Source of the DNA: an uncultured Desulfarculus sp.
Lineage (GTDB): Bacteria; Desulfobacterota; Desulfarculia; Desulfarculales; Desulfarculaceae
Length of the DNA stretch: 64,000 bases
Direction: 5' to 3'
Assembly: GCA_963665125.2 (NCBI GenBank)
Contig: CAXXUK010000001.1
Span: 1,536,001 to 1,600,000, forward strand
How positions within the stretch are numbered: the first letter of the stretch is position 1; the number at the start of each line of letters is the position of its first letter. The translations under genes and the position numbers were made by a program. Shown piece by piece: positions 10,036-20,150 of the stretch. The notes beneath the pieces were generated by a model. The model had not been told where the DNA came from, ran no database searches, and was given only the letters and a program-made list of their open reading frames with translations.

Positions 10036-10098
10036 TGCTGTCACCCTGGAAAATCTTGGGTTAAGCTGGGACAAACTCTTTCCTCCGGGGGCCATTCG

Positions 10099-10641
10099 AT
10101 GAAAAAGCTAATAATTAGCCTTGTGTTGTGTTCGGCGATGATCTTGTCCGGCTGCGGTCCTACCTTTGTGCCCAAGGCGACCCGCGATCAGATCAATCCC
10201 AACCTTTCCCTCACCCAGGTTGTCAAGGACCCGGATGCCTATGATGGCCAGATCGTGTTGTGGGGCGGTATCATCGTCAAGACCATCAACAAGAAAAAAG
10301 GCAGCCTGATCGAGATAGTCCAACTGCCTCTGGACGACAGCGGCAGGCCCAAGGACGTGGACCAAACCCAGGGCCGGTTCATCGTAGCCATCCAGGAATT
10401 CATGGACCCGGCCATCTATGCCCAGGGCCGGGACATCAGCGTCGCCGGCGAGGTGACCGGCGTGGAGGACCTGCCCATCGGCGAGTTGAAATACACCTAT
10501 GCCCTGCTGCGGGCCAAGACCATCAAGCTTTGGCCCAAGCGCCCGGTTAACGTCAAGATCGACAACATGACCTATCCGCCGTACTACCCGGGCATGCCGC
10601 CGAACATGTATTGGTACACCTCTCCCTATCTGTGGTGGTAA
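10099..10641 (+). CDS. Slp family outer-membrane lipoprotein
   Basis: Lipobox LSGC; VLWGGII, EIVQLPLD, GRFI, DPAIYAQGR. Confidence 0.85.
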   Translation: MKKLIISLVLCSAMILSGCGPTFVPKATRDQINPNLSLTQVVKDPDAYDGQIVLWGGIIVKTINKKKGSLIEIVQLPLDDSGRPKDVDQTQGRFIVAIQEFMDPAIYAQGRDISVAGEVTGVEDLPIGELKYTYALLRAKTIKLWPKRPVNVKIDNMTYPPYYPGMPPNMYWYTSPYLWW

Positions 10642-10650
10642 GCCGTAAAG

Positions 10651-12198
10651 GTGAAACCCGCCCTATCCGATAATGAACCAGTCATGGGATTTGGCCCCCT
10701 GCTGGGTCTGGCCCTGTTGGGCGGACTGGCGGGAGGGCTAAGTCTTTTATGCGATTTCCTCTGGCCGCTGGCCCTTGTCTGCCTGGCGCCCCTGGTGTTG
10801 GCCGCCTATTGCCTGCGGCCTCGCCTGGCCGCTTTGGCTGGTCTGGCATGGGGAGTGGCCCATGCCCTCGTTCTTCTCCATTGGGTGACGCCCTTGTTGT
10901 CTACCCATGCCGGTTTGTGGCTAGTGGCTGCTGCTGGCTTGAATCTGCTGGCGGCGCTGTTCCAGGCCCTCTATCCCGCAGTATTTTGCTTTGCCCTGGC
11001 CCTGGCCAGACCCGGCGGAATCGTTGGGCTGTTGTCTATCGCCCTTTGTTGGACCGGGCTTGAGTGGCTCCGCGGTGAAATCATCCTGAAAGTCTCCTGG
11101 CAGCCCCTGGGTCAGGCCCTCGCCGGATGCGATGTATTATGCCAAACCGCTGAGTGGTGGGGCGTCAGAGGCCTTTCGATCATTGTCGCATTGATGAACA
11201 CCCTAATAGCCCGGGCCCTTTTGCCGCGAAAAACAGCGGCAGGCAAAAGGCTTCTGGCCTTGGGCGCGGTATTGGCTCTTCTGGCCGCGATGGCCCTATG
11301 GGGCCAGATGCGCCTCGGCGCTGTCCGCAGCCAGATGGCCCAGGCCCCCGGAATCCGGGTCATGACCGCCCAGGCGGAAAGGACGATCACCCAACTGGAG
11401 GGCTCTCCCCGCCAGAGCCCGGAAATGTTGGCCGAGCTGAGCCGCCGGGGCTGTCCGGGCGGCGGAGCGCAACCCCAGCTCATTGTCTGGCCCGAATCGG
11501 CCGCGCCTTACTACCTGTTCACAATGCCCGGCGACGGCCTGGTCATGAAATATCTCGCCCTGGAAAAGAAGAGCCACCTCATCCTCGGCTCCAAAGGAGT
11601 CGTGCGCCGGGGCAAAGGCCTGGCCCGCACCAACCGGGCATGGCTCATCGGTCCGGAAGGTACGGCTTTGGGTTTTTATGACAAGGCGGCCCTGGCCCCC
11701 TTTGGCGAATACTCGCCGCTAGGGCCTTTGTGGCTCCTGGAACTTTTGGCCGTGGATAAGTACGAATTCGCCAGGGGCGAACCGGGGAGGATACTGGATG
11801 CGGGACAATATAAAATCGGGCCGTTGATCTGTTTCGAGGCCCTCGTGCCCAGTCTGGCCCGTATGCAGACTAATGACGGCGCCCAGGTACTGGTCAACAT
11901 ATCCAACGAGGCATGGTTTATCGACGGTGTTTCCCGGCAGATCCTGGCCCACATGCGCATGCGCTGCCTGGAAACCAGGAGGGCATGCGCTCGGGCGTCC
12001 GACATGGGCCTGAGCGCCCTGATCATGCCCGACGGTGGCATTGAGAGCACCAGGGGGGCTGTTTTGTGCGGCTCGGTGCCGTTGATGGGCCAACGAACCC
12101 TGTACACGCGGTTGGGCTGGATATGGAGCCCGGGGTCCCTGATCCTAGCCGCAGCGCTATTGGTCTGGGCGAGGATACGCCGCCGGGCCGACAGATAA
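10651..12198 (+). CDS. lnt: Apolipoprotein N-acyltransferase
   Basis: N-terminal TM helices; nitrilase triad motifs WPES, YDK..L.PFGEY, ICFE, and NISNEAWF. Confidence 0.8.
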   Translation: MKPALSDNEPVMGFGPLLGLALLGGLAGGLSLLCDFLWPLALVCLAPLVLAAYCLRPRLAALAGLAWGVAHALVLLHWVTPLLSTHAGLWLVAAAGLNLLAALFQALYPAVFCFALALARPGGIVGLLSIALCWTGLEWLRGEIILKVSWQPLGQALAGCDVLCQTAEWWGVRGLSIIVALMNTLIARALLPRKTAAGKRLLALGAVLALLAAMALWGQMRLGAVRSQMAQAPGIRVMTAQAERTITQLEGSPRQSPEMLAELSRRGCPGGGAQPQLIVWPESAAPYYLFTMPGDGLVMKYLALEKKSHLILGSKGVVRRGKGLARTNRAWLIGPEGTALGFYDKAALAPFGEYSPLGPLWLLELLAVDKYEFARGEPGRILDAGQYKIGPLICFEALVPSLARMQTNDGAQVLVNISNEAWFIDGVSRQILAHMRMRCLETRRACARASDMGLSALIMPDGGIESTRGAVLCGSVPLMGQRTLYTRLGWIWSPGSLILAAALLVWARIRRRADR

Positions 12199-12215
12199 CC
12201 CGGCGGCGCGCCATA

Positions 12216-13805
12216 TCAAATCTTGGTTTCGCTGTCTTTCCAGTATTTTTCCCGCAGCTTGGTCTTCAGGGCCTTGCCGATCATCGAACGAGGCACGGCC
12301 TCAATGAATTCCACGCTCTTGGGCACCTTGAAGCCGGCCAGCTTGTCCCGGCAATAGGCCATGATCTCATCTTCGCTGGCCTGGGCTCCCTGGGCCGGGA
12401 CCACCAGGGCCTTGACCGACTCGCCCCATTTTTCGTCGGGCACCCCGATGACCGCCACGTCGGCCACCGCGTCATGGTGCATGAGCACGTTTTCGATCTC
12501 CACGGGGTAGACATTGATGCCGCCGGTGATGATCATGTCGTTCTTGCGGTCGACGATATAGAAGTTGCCGTCCTCGCCCAGTTTGGCGATATCGCCCACC
12601 GTGCCCCATTCGTGGTCCAGGTATGATTCGGCAGTGGCTTCGGGCTTGTTCAGGTAGCCTTCCCACATGCTGAATCCCCTGCCGTAGAGTACTCCGGGTT
12701 GGCCGACCGGGGCCTTTTTGCCGTCTTCATCGAACACGGCCAACTCGAGGTCGAACAGGGGCTTGCCCACGCAGCCCTCCTGGCCCGATCCGTCGTTGTA
12801 GCTGAATTTGGAGATGAATCCAAACTCCGACGCGCCCAGCCAGTTGGACACCTCGGCATCTGGAAAACGGTCGATCATCTTCTGGGCCGTGGCGTTATGC
12901 AGGGGAGCACCGCAGGCGATGACCCGCCGGACGCTGGACACGTCATGGGCGTCGAGGATCTCGGCGGGCATGCTCAGCATCCACTCGTACATGATCGGCA
13001 CCATGAAGATCCAGGTGGGCTTGTATTTCGCGATCTGGGCAAAGACCTTGTCCGGCTCGAAGGCCGGGATGATGGCCATGGTGCCGCCGCTCATCATGGT
13101 GGCGAAGGCATAGCCCATGCTGGCCGCGGCGTACATGGGCGCAACCGCCAGATAGACGTCGTCGCCGGTCAGGCCCAGTTCGTGGCAAACGGCGTTGGCC
13201 ATGTGATAGTCGCTTTTACAGGTCCTGGCGGCAGCCTTGGGCTTGCCCGTGGTGCCCGAGGTATACATCAGCAAATGCACGTCATCCGGGGCCAGGAGCA
13301 TCTCCGGATCTTCGGCGCCGGCCGAGGCGAGGAGCTTGCCGTAGTCGACAACACCTTCCGGGGCGCCGTCTTCGACCATGATGATGTGCTCCAGGGCGGG
13401 GATCTGGCTGCGGATTTCCTGGATTATCGCCAACTGGTCGGGTCCCTTGAGGATGATGGCCCTGGCTCCGGAGTCGTTGATCTGGTAGGCCACTTCCGGC
13501 CCGGTCAGGCGGAAGTTGGCGCCGGTGGCCACCAAGCCGGCCTTGTTGATGCCCAGGATCGCCTCGGGGTACTGCATGCAGTTGGGCAAAAATATAATGG
13601 CCCTGTCGTCCTTGTTCAGGCCCAGGCTTTTCAATCCATTGCCCAATCGGTTGCTGCGCTCCCAGAGCTGGCTCCAGGTCATGCTTTGATCGCCGAACAT
13701 AACCGCCGTCTTATCCGGGTTTTTTATCACGTTTGTGCGAACGGTGCTCATGGCGTCATCGGCATAGGTTTTTTTGCCCTGGATTCTGCCAAAATCAAAA
13801 TTCAT
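12216..13805 (-). CDS. Acyl-CoA synthetase / AMP-binding enzyme
   Basis: YTSGTTGKPK, GDIA, VDRKNDMIITGGINVYPVEIE, GKALK. Confidence 0.9.
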   Translation of the reverse strand: MNFDFGRIQGKKTYADDAMSTVRTNVIKNPDKTAVMFGDQSMTWSQLWERSNRLGNGLKSLGLNKDDRAIIFLPNCMQYPEAILGINKAGLVATGANFRLTGPEVAYQINDSGARAIILKGPDQLAIIQEIRSQIPALEHIIMVEDGAPEGVVDYGKLLASAGAEDPEMLLAPDDVHLLMYTSGTTGKPKAAARTCKSDYHMANAVCHELGLTGDDVYLAVAPMYAAASMGYAFATMMSGGTMAIIPAFEPDKVFAQIAKYKPTWIFMVPIMYEWMLSMPAEILDAHDVSSVRRVIACGAPLHNATAQKMIDRFPDAEVSNWLGASEFGFISKFSYNDGSGQEGCVGKPLFDLELAVFDEDGKKAPVGQPGVLYGRGFSMWEGYLNKPEATAESYLDHEWGTVGDIAKLGEDGNFYIVDRKNDMIITGGINVYPVEIENVLMHHDAVADVAVIGVPDEKWGESVKALVVPAQGAQASEDEIMAYCRDKLAGFKVPKSVEFIEAVPRSMIGKALKTKLREKYWKDSETKI

Positions 13806-13841
13806 GGATTCGTCTCCCTCATTTCTGGTTCCCTTGGCTGT

Positions 13842-13863
13842 TTCACAGACCGTAGTCGGTGAA
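13842..13863. promoter_or_regulatory. Candidate TetR operator upstream of the acyl-CoA ligase
   Basis: Imperfect palindrome TTCAC-a-GAC-cgta-GTC-g-GTGAA between the ligase start and the adjacent TetR gene. Confidence 0.4.
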
Positions 13864-13939
13864 CATCGTTACACAGGAAACCAGCCAAAGGCAAGTCCTT
13901 ATGTGCGAGCATGTTTTATTTTTATTTTTACCTATTAAT

Positions 13940-14551
13940 TCAACAAGATGTGCTGTCGGATATTCCATTTAGGAAAATGGAAACACTGCGGTCCATGTAT
14001 TCCATAACATTGTAGTTGCCGTCGGAAAGGCCCCAATCGTAGATGATCCCCCGGGCCAGGGCCATAATCATCCTCGCCGTATCGGAAGCCGATAGGCTTT
14101 TAGCAACCCGCCCCATACGCTGGGCCTCCTGCAGGGAAGAGTGGACCGTCGAATAGAACGGACGATCTGGAGAAAGCAAAAAGCCGGTTCCGGTTTCAAC
14201 CTGGCTGCGGTAGATCTGGCGGCAAAAGGCCGGTTCATAGGAGTCTGCTGTCTTGGCCATGAACCAGGTGGCGAACTTAATGCGTCCGCGCCAGTCCAAA
14301 CCCTTTTCCATTTGCCCCATGGCCTCGATCAGGTCCGAGTCGATCTGGCGGTAGATTTCGATGATGATTTCATCTTTGGACGTAAAGTGATGGTAAAAGC
14401 CGCCCTTGGCCACACCGGCCTCTTTGCATATCTGGTCCACCGTCACATGCTCGAAACCATGGTCGCTGATCAGCTTGGCCGCGATATCATAGATTTTCTT
14501 CTTGGTATTTAGGGCCTGCTGCTGGCGTTTGGTAAGGGGTTTGGGCGGCAT
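13940..14551 (-). CDS. TetR/AcrR family regulator
   Basis: GFEHVTVDQICKEAGVAKGGFYHHFTSKDEI helix-turn-helix. Confidence 0.9.
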   Translation of the reverse strand: MPPKPLTKRQQQALNTKKKIYDIAAKLISDHGFEHVTVDQICKEAGVAKGGFYHHFTSKDEIIIEIYRQIDSDLIEAMGQMEKGLDWRGRIKFATWFMAKTADSYEPAFCRQIYRSQVETGTGFLLSPDRPFYSTVHSSLQEAQRMGRVAKSLSASDTARMIMALARGIIYDWGLSDGNYNVMEYMDRSVSIFLNGISDSTSC

Positions 14552-14710
14552 CTCTTCCTCTTATGCTGGTTCCAGCCATGCCTATCACATCGCCAGGCCA
14601 TCTTCAAGCCCGCACTCGAAGCCTGCCCGCATTGACGGCAAGTCGGCATTGGGTCTATCATGCCAGAATCTGTTCTGCTTTTACCGGCCTTTATCCGGAG
14701 CCTATCAAGC

Positions 14711-15661
14711 ATGCACTCTTATGAAAAAGCCATAAGCAGCATCCTGGTCCTGGTCGCCCTGATCGGGCTGGTGGTCCTGCTGCGCAAAAAAGGCGTAATC
14801 GCCGAAGACAGCGGCCCGCAGTTCGCCAAGCTGGTGACCCAGTTCACCCTGCCCGCCCTGATCTTCTTTTCCCTGGCCCGAACCACCCTTGTCTGGGACC
14901 AGGCCTATCTGGCCCTGGTCATGCTGGCCGCTGAAATTCTCTGTCTGGGGTTGGCCTGGTTCATCGGCCGGGGCCTCAAGCTGGCTCCTCCCCAGATGGG
15001 CGCCTTTATCCTGGTCTGCGGATTCGGCAGCAGCTCCCTGCTGGGCTATGCCTTCATCAGCGAGCTTTTCCCCGGCGATACCGCCGCCATTGTCGAGGCC
15101 GTGATCATTTCGGAATTGGGCGTGGGCCCGGCCCTGTTCACCATCGGCGTGATGATCGCCATCTACTACGGCGCCCAGTCTGTGAGTTCGGCCCAAAGGT
15201 TCAAGGCGGCCATGGCCTTTTTCAAGTCGCCGATTTTCTTTTCAGTGGTTGCCGGGCTGGCCTGGTCGGCGTTGAAACTGCCCTGCGACCTTCCGGTGCT
15301 TTCCACGATCTTCGACGGCCTCAAGGTCATCGGCGCGGCCAACACCCTGATGGTGGCCCTGACCGTCGGCGTGATGCTGCAATTCCAGGAATTAAAGGAA
15401 GTGGCCCTGATGGCGGCCATTGTCATCGTTATCAAGCTGGTGCTCAAACCGATCATGGTCTGGCTGCCCACCCTGGCCATGTCTTTTACCGCCACCCAGG
15501 TCCATATCCTGGTGCTGGAAGGGGCCATGCCCTCGGCCATGCTCACGGTGGTGCTTGCGGCCACCTACGGCTGCGACGCCAAGCTGGCCTCTAAGCTGGT
15601 TTTTGCCACAACCATTGTCAGCTGCATCAGCATTATGGTGGTGTATGGCCTATTGAGCTAA
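14711..15661 (+). CDS. AEC (auxin efflux carrier) family transporter
   Basis: About 10 TM helices; LPALIF, LEGAMPSAM motifs. Confidence 0.85.
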   Translation: MHSYEKAISSILVLVALIGLVVLLRKKGVIAEDSGPQFAKLVTQFTLPALIFFSLARTTLVWDQAYLALVMLAAEILCLGLAWFIGRGLKLAPPQMGAFILVCGFGSSSLLGYAFISELFPGDTAAIVEAVIISELGVGPALFTIGVMIAIYYGAQSVSSAQRFKAAMAFFKSPIFFSVVAGLAWSALKLPCDLPVLSTIFDGLKVIGAANTLMVALTVGVMLQFQELKEVALMAAIVIVIKLVLKPIMVWLPTLAMSFTATQVHILVLEGAMPSAMLTVVLAATYGCDAKLASKLVFATTIVSCISIMVVYGLLS

Positions 15662-16278
15662 CGGTAGCGTAAAACAACCCTGGCCGGTGCGCCGTCGCCG
15701 CCGCTTATGGCCAGGGGCAGACAGATCACCTCGCAGTCTCCGGCCGGGGCCCGGCTCAGACGCAGGCCTTCGATGATTACGATCCCGGCCCCAAGCAAGA
15801 TATGGTGCACCGGCGACCGCCCCCCCTCGTGGTTTTCCACAGAGAGCTGGTCGATGCCCACCAGCTTTACGCCCCATTGCACCAACATTTCGGCGGCATC
15901 GGGCAAAAGCGCGCAATACTGCCGCGTTTCGCCTCTTTCCAGATAAGGCCCGCCGCTGGTCTTGAACAGCACCCGTTGGGAGCCTTTGACGCCCGCCGCG
16001 ATCAATGCATCGACGTCGATGACCGCCTTGCCCGTCACATCCACGACCACGGCCTTGCCCATGAGCACCCCCAGGGGCAGTTGATCCACCGTGGCCCCGT
16101 TGGGCAGATAGTGCCGGGGGGCGTCGATATGGGTGCCCGTGTGGCTGCCCATGCTTATGCGGCTCAGATTGTACGGCTCGCCCCTGTCCATGGCATTGTG
16201 CGGCGACATCTCAAATGGCGGATCGCCTTCGAACACGGCCATGGCCGGGTGCAGGGGCACAGTGGCGTCGATGATCAT
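15658..16278 (-). CDS. Cyclase family / kynurenine formamidase-like protein
   Basis: SHTGTHIDAPRH, VGID, IIEGL, GDGAPAR. Confidence 0.9.
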   Translation of the reverse strand: MIIDATVPLHPAMAVFEGDPPFEMSPHNAMDRGEPYNLSRISMGSHTGTHIDAPRHYLPNGATVDQLPLGVLMGKAVVVDVTGKAVIDVDALIAAGVKGSQRVLFKTSGGPYLERGETRQYCALLPDAAEMLVQWGVKLVGIDQLSVENHEGGRSPVHHILLGAGIVIIEGLRLSRAPAGDCEVICLPLAISGGDGAPARVVLRYR

Positions 16279-16358
16279 CTTGAACGCTCCATATTGATGC
16301 GGGGCGGTGCTATAATCCCTTGGGTAACGTCAATAATATTACTGGAGTGGCGCGGGCA

Positions 16359-17345
16359 ATGAAAGCGGCGTGGATAAGCGGCGGCAAGTTGGACATCAGG
16401 GACATCCCCAAAACGGAACCAGGACCGGGTCAGGCCCTGCTCAAACCGCTGATTGCCGGAATATGCAACACCGACCTTGAGCTGCTGTCCGGATACTACG
16501 GCTTCGAGGGCGTTGCGGGCCATGAATTCGTGGCCGAGGTGATGCAAGCGCCCGATGACCCAAGCTGGGTCGGCAAGCGGGTCACCGCCGACATCAACAT
16601 AGGCTGCGGCAAGTGCGAGTTTTGCCTGCGGGGCAACCAGCGGCACTGTATTCAACGCCACGTCATAGGCATAAAATATTCCCAGGGCGCATTTGCCGAA
16701 TACCTCTGCGCGCCCGTGGCCAATCTGTACGAAATACCGGCATGGCTGAGCAACGAACAGGCCGTATTCTGCGAACCCCTGGCAGCAGCCCTGGAGATAT
16801 CCCAGCAGATCCACCTTACTGCCGCGCACAAGATGGCCGTGGTCGGCGACGGCAAACTTGGTCTGCTTGTGGCCCTGGGGTTGGCCGTGTACAACCCCGT
16901 CCTGTTGCTGTTGGGCAAGCACCCCGAAAAGCTGGCCCTGGCGGCGAATCAGGGCATTGGAACCAGGCTGGTGCGGGCCGATGAAGACTGGACCCGGCTC
17001 GCGGACGAACTGGGCCGCTTCGACATCGTGGTGGAGGCAACCGGCAGTCCCGACGGCATCAACAAGTCCCTGGAGCTTGTAAAATCAGAGGGCATTCTGG
17101 TGGCTAAAACAACCTCGCATCTGCCGTCGCAGATCAACTTGGCCCGAATCGTTGTCGATGAAATTCAGATTATTGGTTCACGCTGCGGCGATATGGCCCT
17201 TGCACTAGACCACCTGGCCCGGAACGCCCTTGATGTGCTGCCCCTGATCGACAGCGTATTTGGCTTCGGGGAAATGACGGAGGCCTTCGCACACGCGGCG
17301 ACACCCGGCGCGGGCAAGGTCCTGGTGCGTTTTGATCAGTCCTGA
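16359..17345 (+). CDS. Zn-dependent alcohol dehydrogenase (MDR family)
   Basis: GICNTD, GHEF, CGKCEFC...HC, GDGKLG. Confidence 0.9.
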   Translation: MKAAWISGGKLDIRDIPKTEPGPGQALLKPLIAGICNTDLELLSGYYGFEGVAGHEFVAEVMQAPDDPSWVGKRVTADINIGCGKCEFCLRGNQRHCIQRHVIGIKYSQGAFAEYLCAPVANLYEIPAWLSNEQAVFCEPLAAALEISQQIHLTAAHKMAVVGDGKLGLLVALGLAVYNPVLLLLGKHPEKLALAANQGIGTRLVRADEDWTRLADELGRFDIVVEATGSPDGINKSLELVKSEGILVAKTTSHLPSQINLARIVVDEIQIIGSRCGDMALALDHLARNALDVLPLIDSVFGFGEMTEAFAHAATPGAGKVLVRFDQS

Positions 17346-17605
17346 TCCAAGCCCAATTCCCGGCGCACGGCCCGGCGAACCAGCTCGGAGACGCTGAGCC
17401 CGCTGGTGTAGGAGCGCTCCAGCAGCCCGGCCCATTCGGCTTCGGTTACGTAGATGGTCCGGCGCAGAAAGCCGCCCGGCGTGGTGCTTTTTTCGGTCTT
17501 GCGTATGGCCGGTGCGTTGGGCGGCGGCAAAGCCCCGGATGCGGCCGGAGCGGCCTGGTCCAGATCCTTTTTAAGCTGGCTCAGTCTGGCCTTTTTGCCC
17601 ATCAT
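17336..17605 (-). CDS. Small ribbon-helix-helix (CopG/ParG-like) protein
   Basis: C-terminal RRTIYVTEAEW...SVSELVRRAV; overlaps the ParA stop by 4 nt. Confidence 0.65.
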   Translation of the reverse strand: MMGKKARLSQLKKDLDQAAPAASGALPPPNAPAIRKTEKSTTPGGFLRRTIYVTEAEWAGLLERSYTSGLSVSELVRRAVRRELGLDQD

Positions 17606-18270
17606 CCAACCTCCTTGAGCCTGGCGAGCACATAGCGCCCCAGTTCCTCGAATTCCTGGTGACAGAGGCTGCCCGCGGCATAGGTGGCCACAGTGCGGCC
17701 CAGCACCGCCGATTCCACAACGGCCACCCGGTCGTGGATGGGCGGCGACACCGGTCCCATGGCCGAAAGCTGCTCGGGCAGTTCCCTGGCCAGCACGGTG
17801 CCATTTTTTAACCTTGAGGGAACCAGGGCCATAAGCGGCAGACCGTCGTCCCTCTCCCGGCGGGCCTGTTCAACCAGGTCCACGGCTTCCTGGGCGGCCC
17901 AAAGATCCAATGGTGACGGCCCCACCGGTATGAGCACGAAATCGGCGGTAAGGGCCGCCAGCATGGTGGGATCGGCCAACTGCGGCGGCGTGTCGAAAAC
18001 CAGTATATCGGCCCGGGACTGCTTGATCGCCTGGTCCAGGGTGGCCTTGAATTTCATGGCCCCGGCGCCGGCCCCGAGAAAGGCCACCTGGAAGCCCAAA
18101 GCCTCGCCGTCGCCCTGCCGGGCCCAGCGCATGGCCGACTTTTGCAGGTCCAAATCGACCACCCCCACCTGGGCCTTGCGCCTGGCAGCCAGAGCCGCCG
18201 CCAGGTTCAGGGCAATGGTCGTCTTGCCCACACCGCCTTTCAGGTTGGCAACCGCAATGATTTTCGGCAT
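17602..18270 (-). CDS. ParA family ATPase (short, type Ib-like)
   Basis: Deviant Walker A NLKGGVGKTT, DLDLQ, FDTPP; ATG 18270 preceded by GGAGG. Confidence 0.9.
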   Translation of the reverse strand: MPKIIAVANLKGGVGKTTIALNLAAALAARRKAQVGVVDLDLQKSAMRWARQGDGEALGFQVAFLGAGAGAMKFKATLDQAIKQSRADILVFDTPPQLADPTMLAALTADFVLIPVGPSPLDLWAAQEAVDLVEQARRERDDGLPLMALVPSRLKNGTVLARELPEQLSAMGPVSPPIHDRVAVVESAVLGRTVATYAAGSLCHQEFEELGRYVLARLKEVG

Positions 18271-18549
18271 ATACCCTCCCCATGCCGCCTCTGTTCCTGG
18301 CCCTCGACAATAGCAGCACCATGCCCGTGGGTCAAGATTGGCAAAAACGCTGCCCAACGGGGCGTCTTCGATAGAGCCACTAGTTTTCATCGGCTTTCTT
18401 TACATAGCCACTCCAAAAACAGACATCCAATAAACCAAGGCTCTTCTTTTTATTGTATATGTACTATTTGATATGCTATACATCCCAATATCTGATTTGC
18501 TCTCGGTTTTTGGAGCAAATACTAAAGTGTCAATCTAGGTGGGGTAACA

Positions 18550-20112
18550 ATGGCTTTTGAAAAAGAATTGGAACAGCTCGAAAAACGAAAACAACGCGCC
18601 CTGGCCATGGGCGGTCCGGAAAAAGTGGCCCAACATCATGCCAAGGGTAAATACGACGCCAGGCAACGCATAGACCATTTGGTTGACAACGGCTCCTTCA
18701 TGGAAGTGGGCCTGTTGAATCATTCCGACATGCCGGGCATGGAAGACAAGACCCCGGCCGACTCCAAAGTGGGCGGACTGGCCAAGATCGATGGCCGCTC
18801 CATCGCCATTCTGGCCAACGACTTCACGACATTGGCCGCCACATCCAGCCGGGTGGCCGGCTACAAGGAAGGCCACATCAAACATATCGCCGCCAAGCAT
18901 GGCCTGCCCCTGGTCTACCTGGGCGAAGCCGGCGGCGCGCGCATGCCCGACATCATGGGCTCCAAGGGCCTGGCCTCTTTTGGCGGCGGCGGCCTGGATT
19001 CATATTTACACATAATGACCAGGGTGCGTCAAACCCCGATGATCGCGGCGGTCATGGGCGAATGCTACGGCATGCCCACATGGATGTCCTGTCTGGCCGA
19101 TATCGTGGTCCAGGTAAAAGGTTCGGCCCTTGGCGTTTCCGGCCCCAGGGTGCTGGAGATAGCCCTGGGCGAAAAGATCACCGACGAAGAGCTGGGCGGC
19201 TGGAAGGTTCACGCCGAAGTGACCGGCATGAGCGACGCCGTGGTGGAAAACGAGGACGAATGCTTCGAGGTAATCAAACGCTACCTGAGCTATCTTCCCT
19301 CTCACCGCGATGAGCTTCCGCCGTATGTTGAGCCGCCCGAGGGTTCTGGCGACGGCATGCCTAACATCCTGGACATTTTGCCCGAGAAGCGCAACCGGGC
19401 TTATGACATGCATAAGATCCTGGCCTGCATCGCCGACACCGGCAGCCTGATGCCCCTGAAGCCCAGCTTCGGCAAGAACGTCATCACGGCATTCGCCCGC
19501 ATAGGCGGACGCTCGGTGGGCTTCGTGGCCAACCAGCCCATGTGCGGCGCCGGAGCCATGGACACCGACGGCATCGACAAGGTCACCAGCTTCCTGTGCC
19601 TGTGCGACACATTCAACGTGCCCCTGGTTTTCATGCACGATACGCCGGGCTTCCTGGTGGGCCGGGAGGCCGAACGCCGCCGCGTCGGGGCCAAGGTGAT
19701 GAACTTCATGAACGCCCTGGGCCTGTTGAGCGTGCCGCGCATATCCATCATCGCCCGCAAATCATACGGCATGGCCTTTTATAATATGCTCGGCTCCGGC
19801 ACGGGCGCCGATTTCCTGGTGGCCTGGCCTTCGGCCGAGATCAGCTTCGTGGCTCCGGAGATAGCGGCCAACGTGGTCTTTGGCGGCAAGGTGCCCAAGG
19901 ATGACCGGGAAAAAGAAAAATGGCAGCAGATGGTCGACAACATGATCGAAGACTCGACTCCATATGCCGCCGCCGGCGTGCACATGATTCACGATGTAAT
20001 AGACCCGCGTGAAACTCGTGACTACATCATCCGGTGCCTAGACGTCTGCCAGGATGATCGCACGGGAGGCATTAGCAATAACGGTTTGGCCAACTGGCCG
20101 ACAAAATTTTAG
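18550..20112 (+). CDS. Acyl-CoA carboxylase/decarboxylase carboxyltransferase subunit
   Basis: GKYDARQRI, AGGARM, DTPGFLVG, IDPRETR. Confidence 0.9.
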   Translation: MAFEKELEQLEKRKQRALAMGGPEKVAQHHAKGKYDARQRIDHLVDNGSFMEVGLLNHSDMPGMEDKTPADSKVGGLAKIDGRSIAILANDFTTLAATSSRVAGYKEGHIKHIAAKHGLPLVYLGEAGGARMPDIMGSKGLASFGGGGLDSYLHIMTRVRQTPMIAAVMGECYGMPTWMSCLADIVVQVKGSALGVSGPRVLEIALGEKITDEELGGWKVHAEVTGMSDAVVENEDECFEVIKRYLSYLPSHRDELPPYVEPPEGSGDGMPNILDILPEKRNRAYDMHKILACIADTGSLMPLKPSFGKNVITAFARIGGRSVGFVANQPMCGAGAMDTDGIDKVTSFLCLCDTFNVPLVFMHDTPGFLVGREAERRRVGAKVMNFMNALGLLSVPRISIIARKSYGMAFYNMLGSGTGADFLVAWPSAEISFVAPEIAANVVFGGKVPKDDREKEKWQQMVDNMIEDSTPYAAAGVHMIHDVIDPRETRDYIIRCLDVCQDDRTGGISNNGLANWPTKF

Positions 20113-20150
20113 CGGGCGCTGCTTAGCCGCCTGCCTACTGGAGGATTAAA

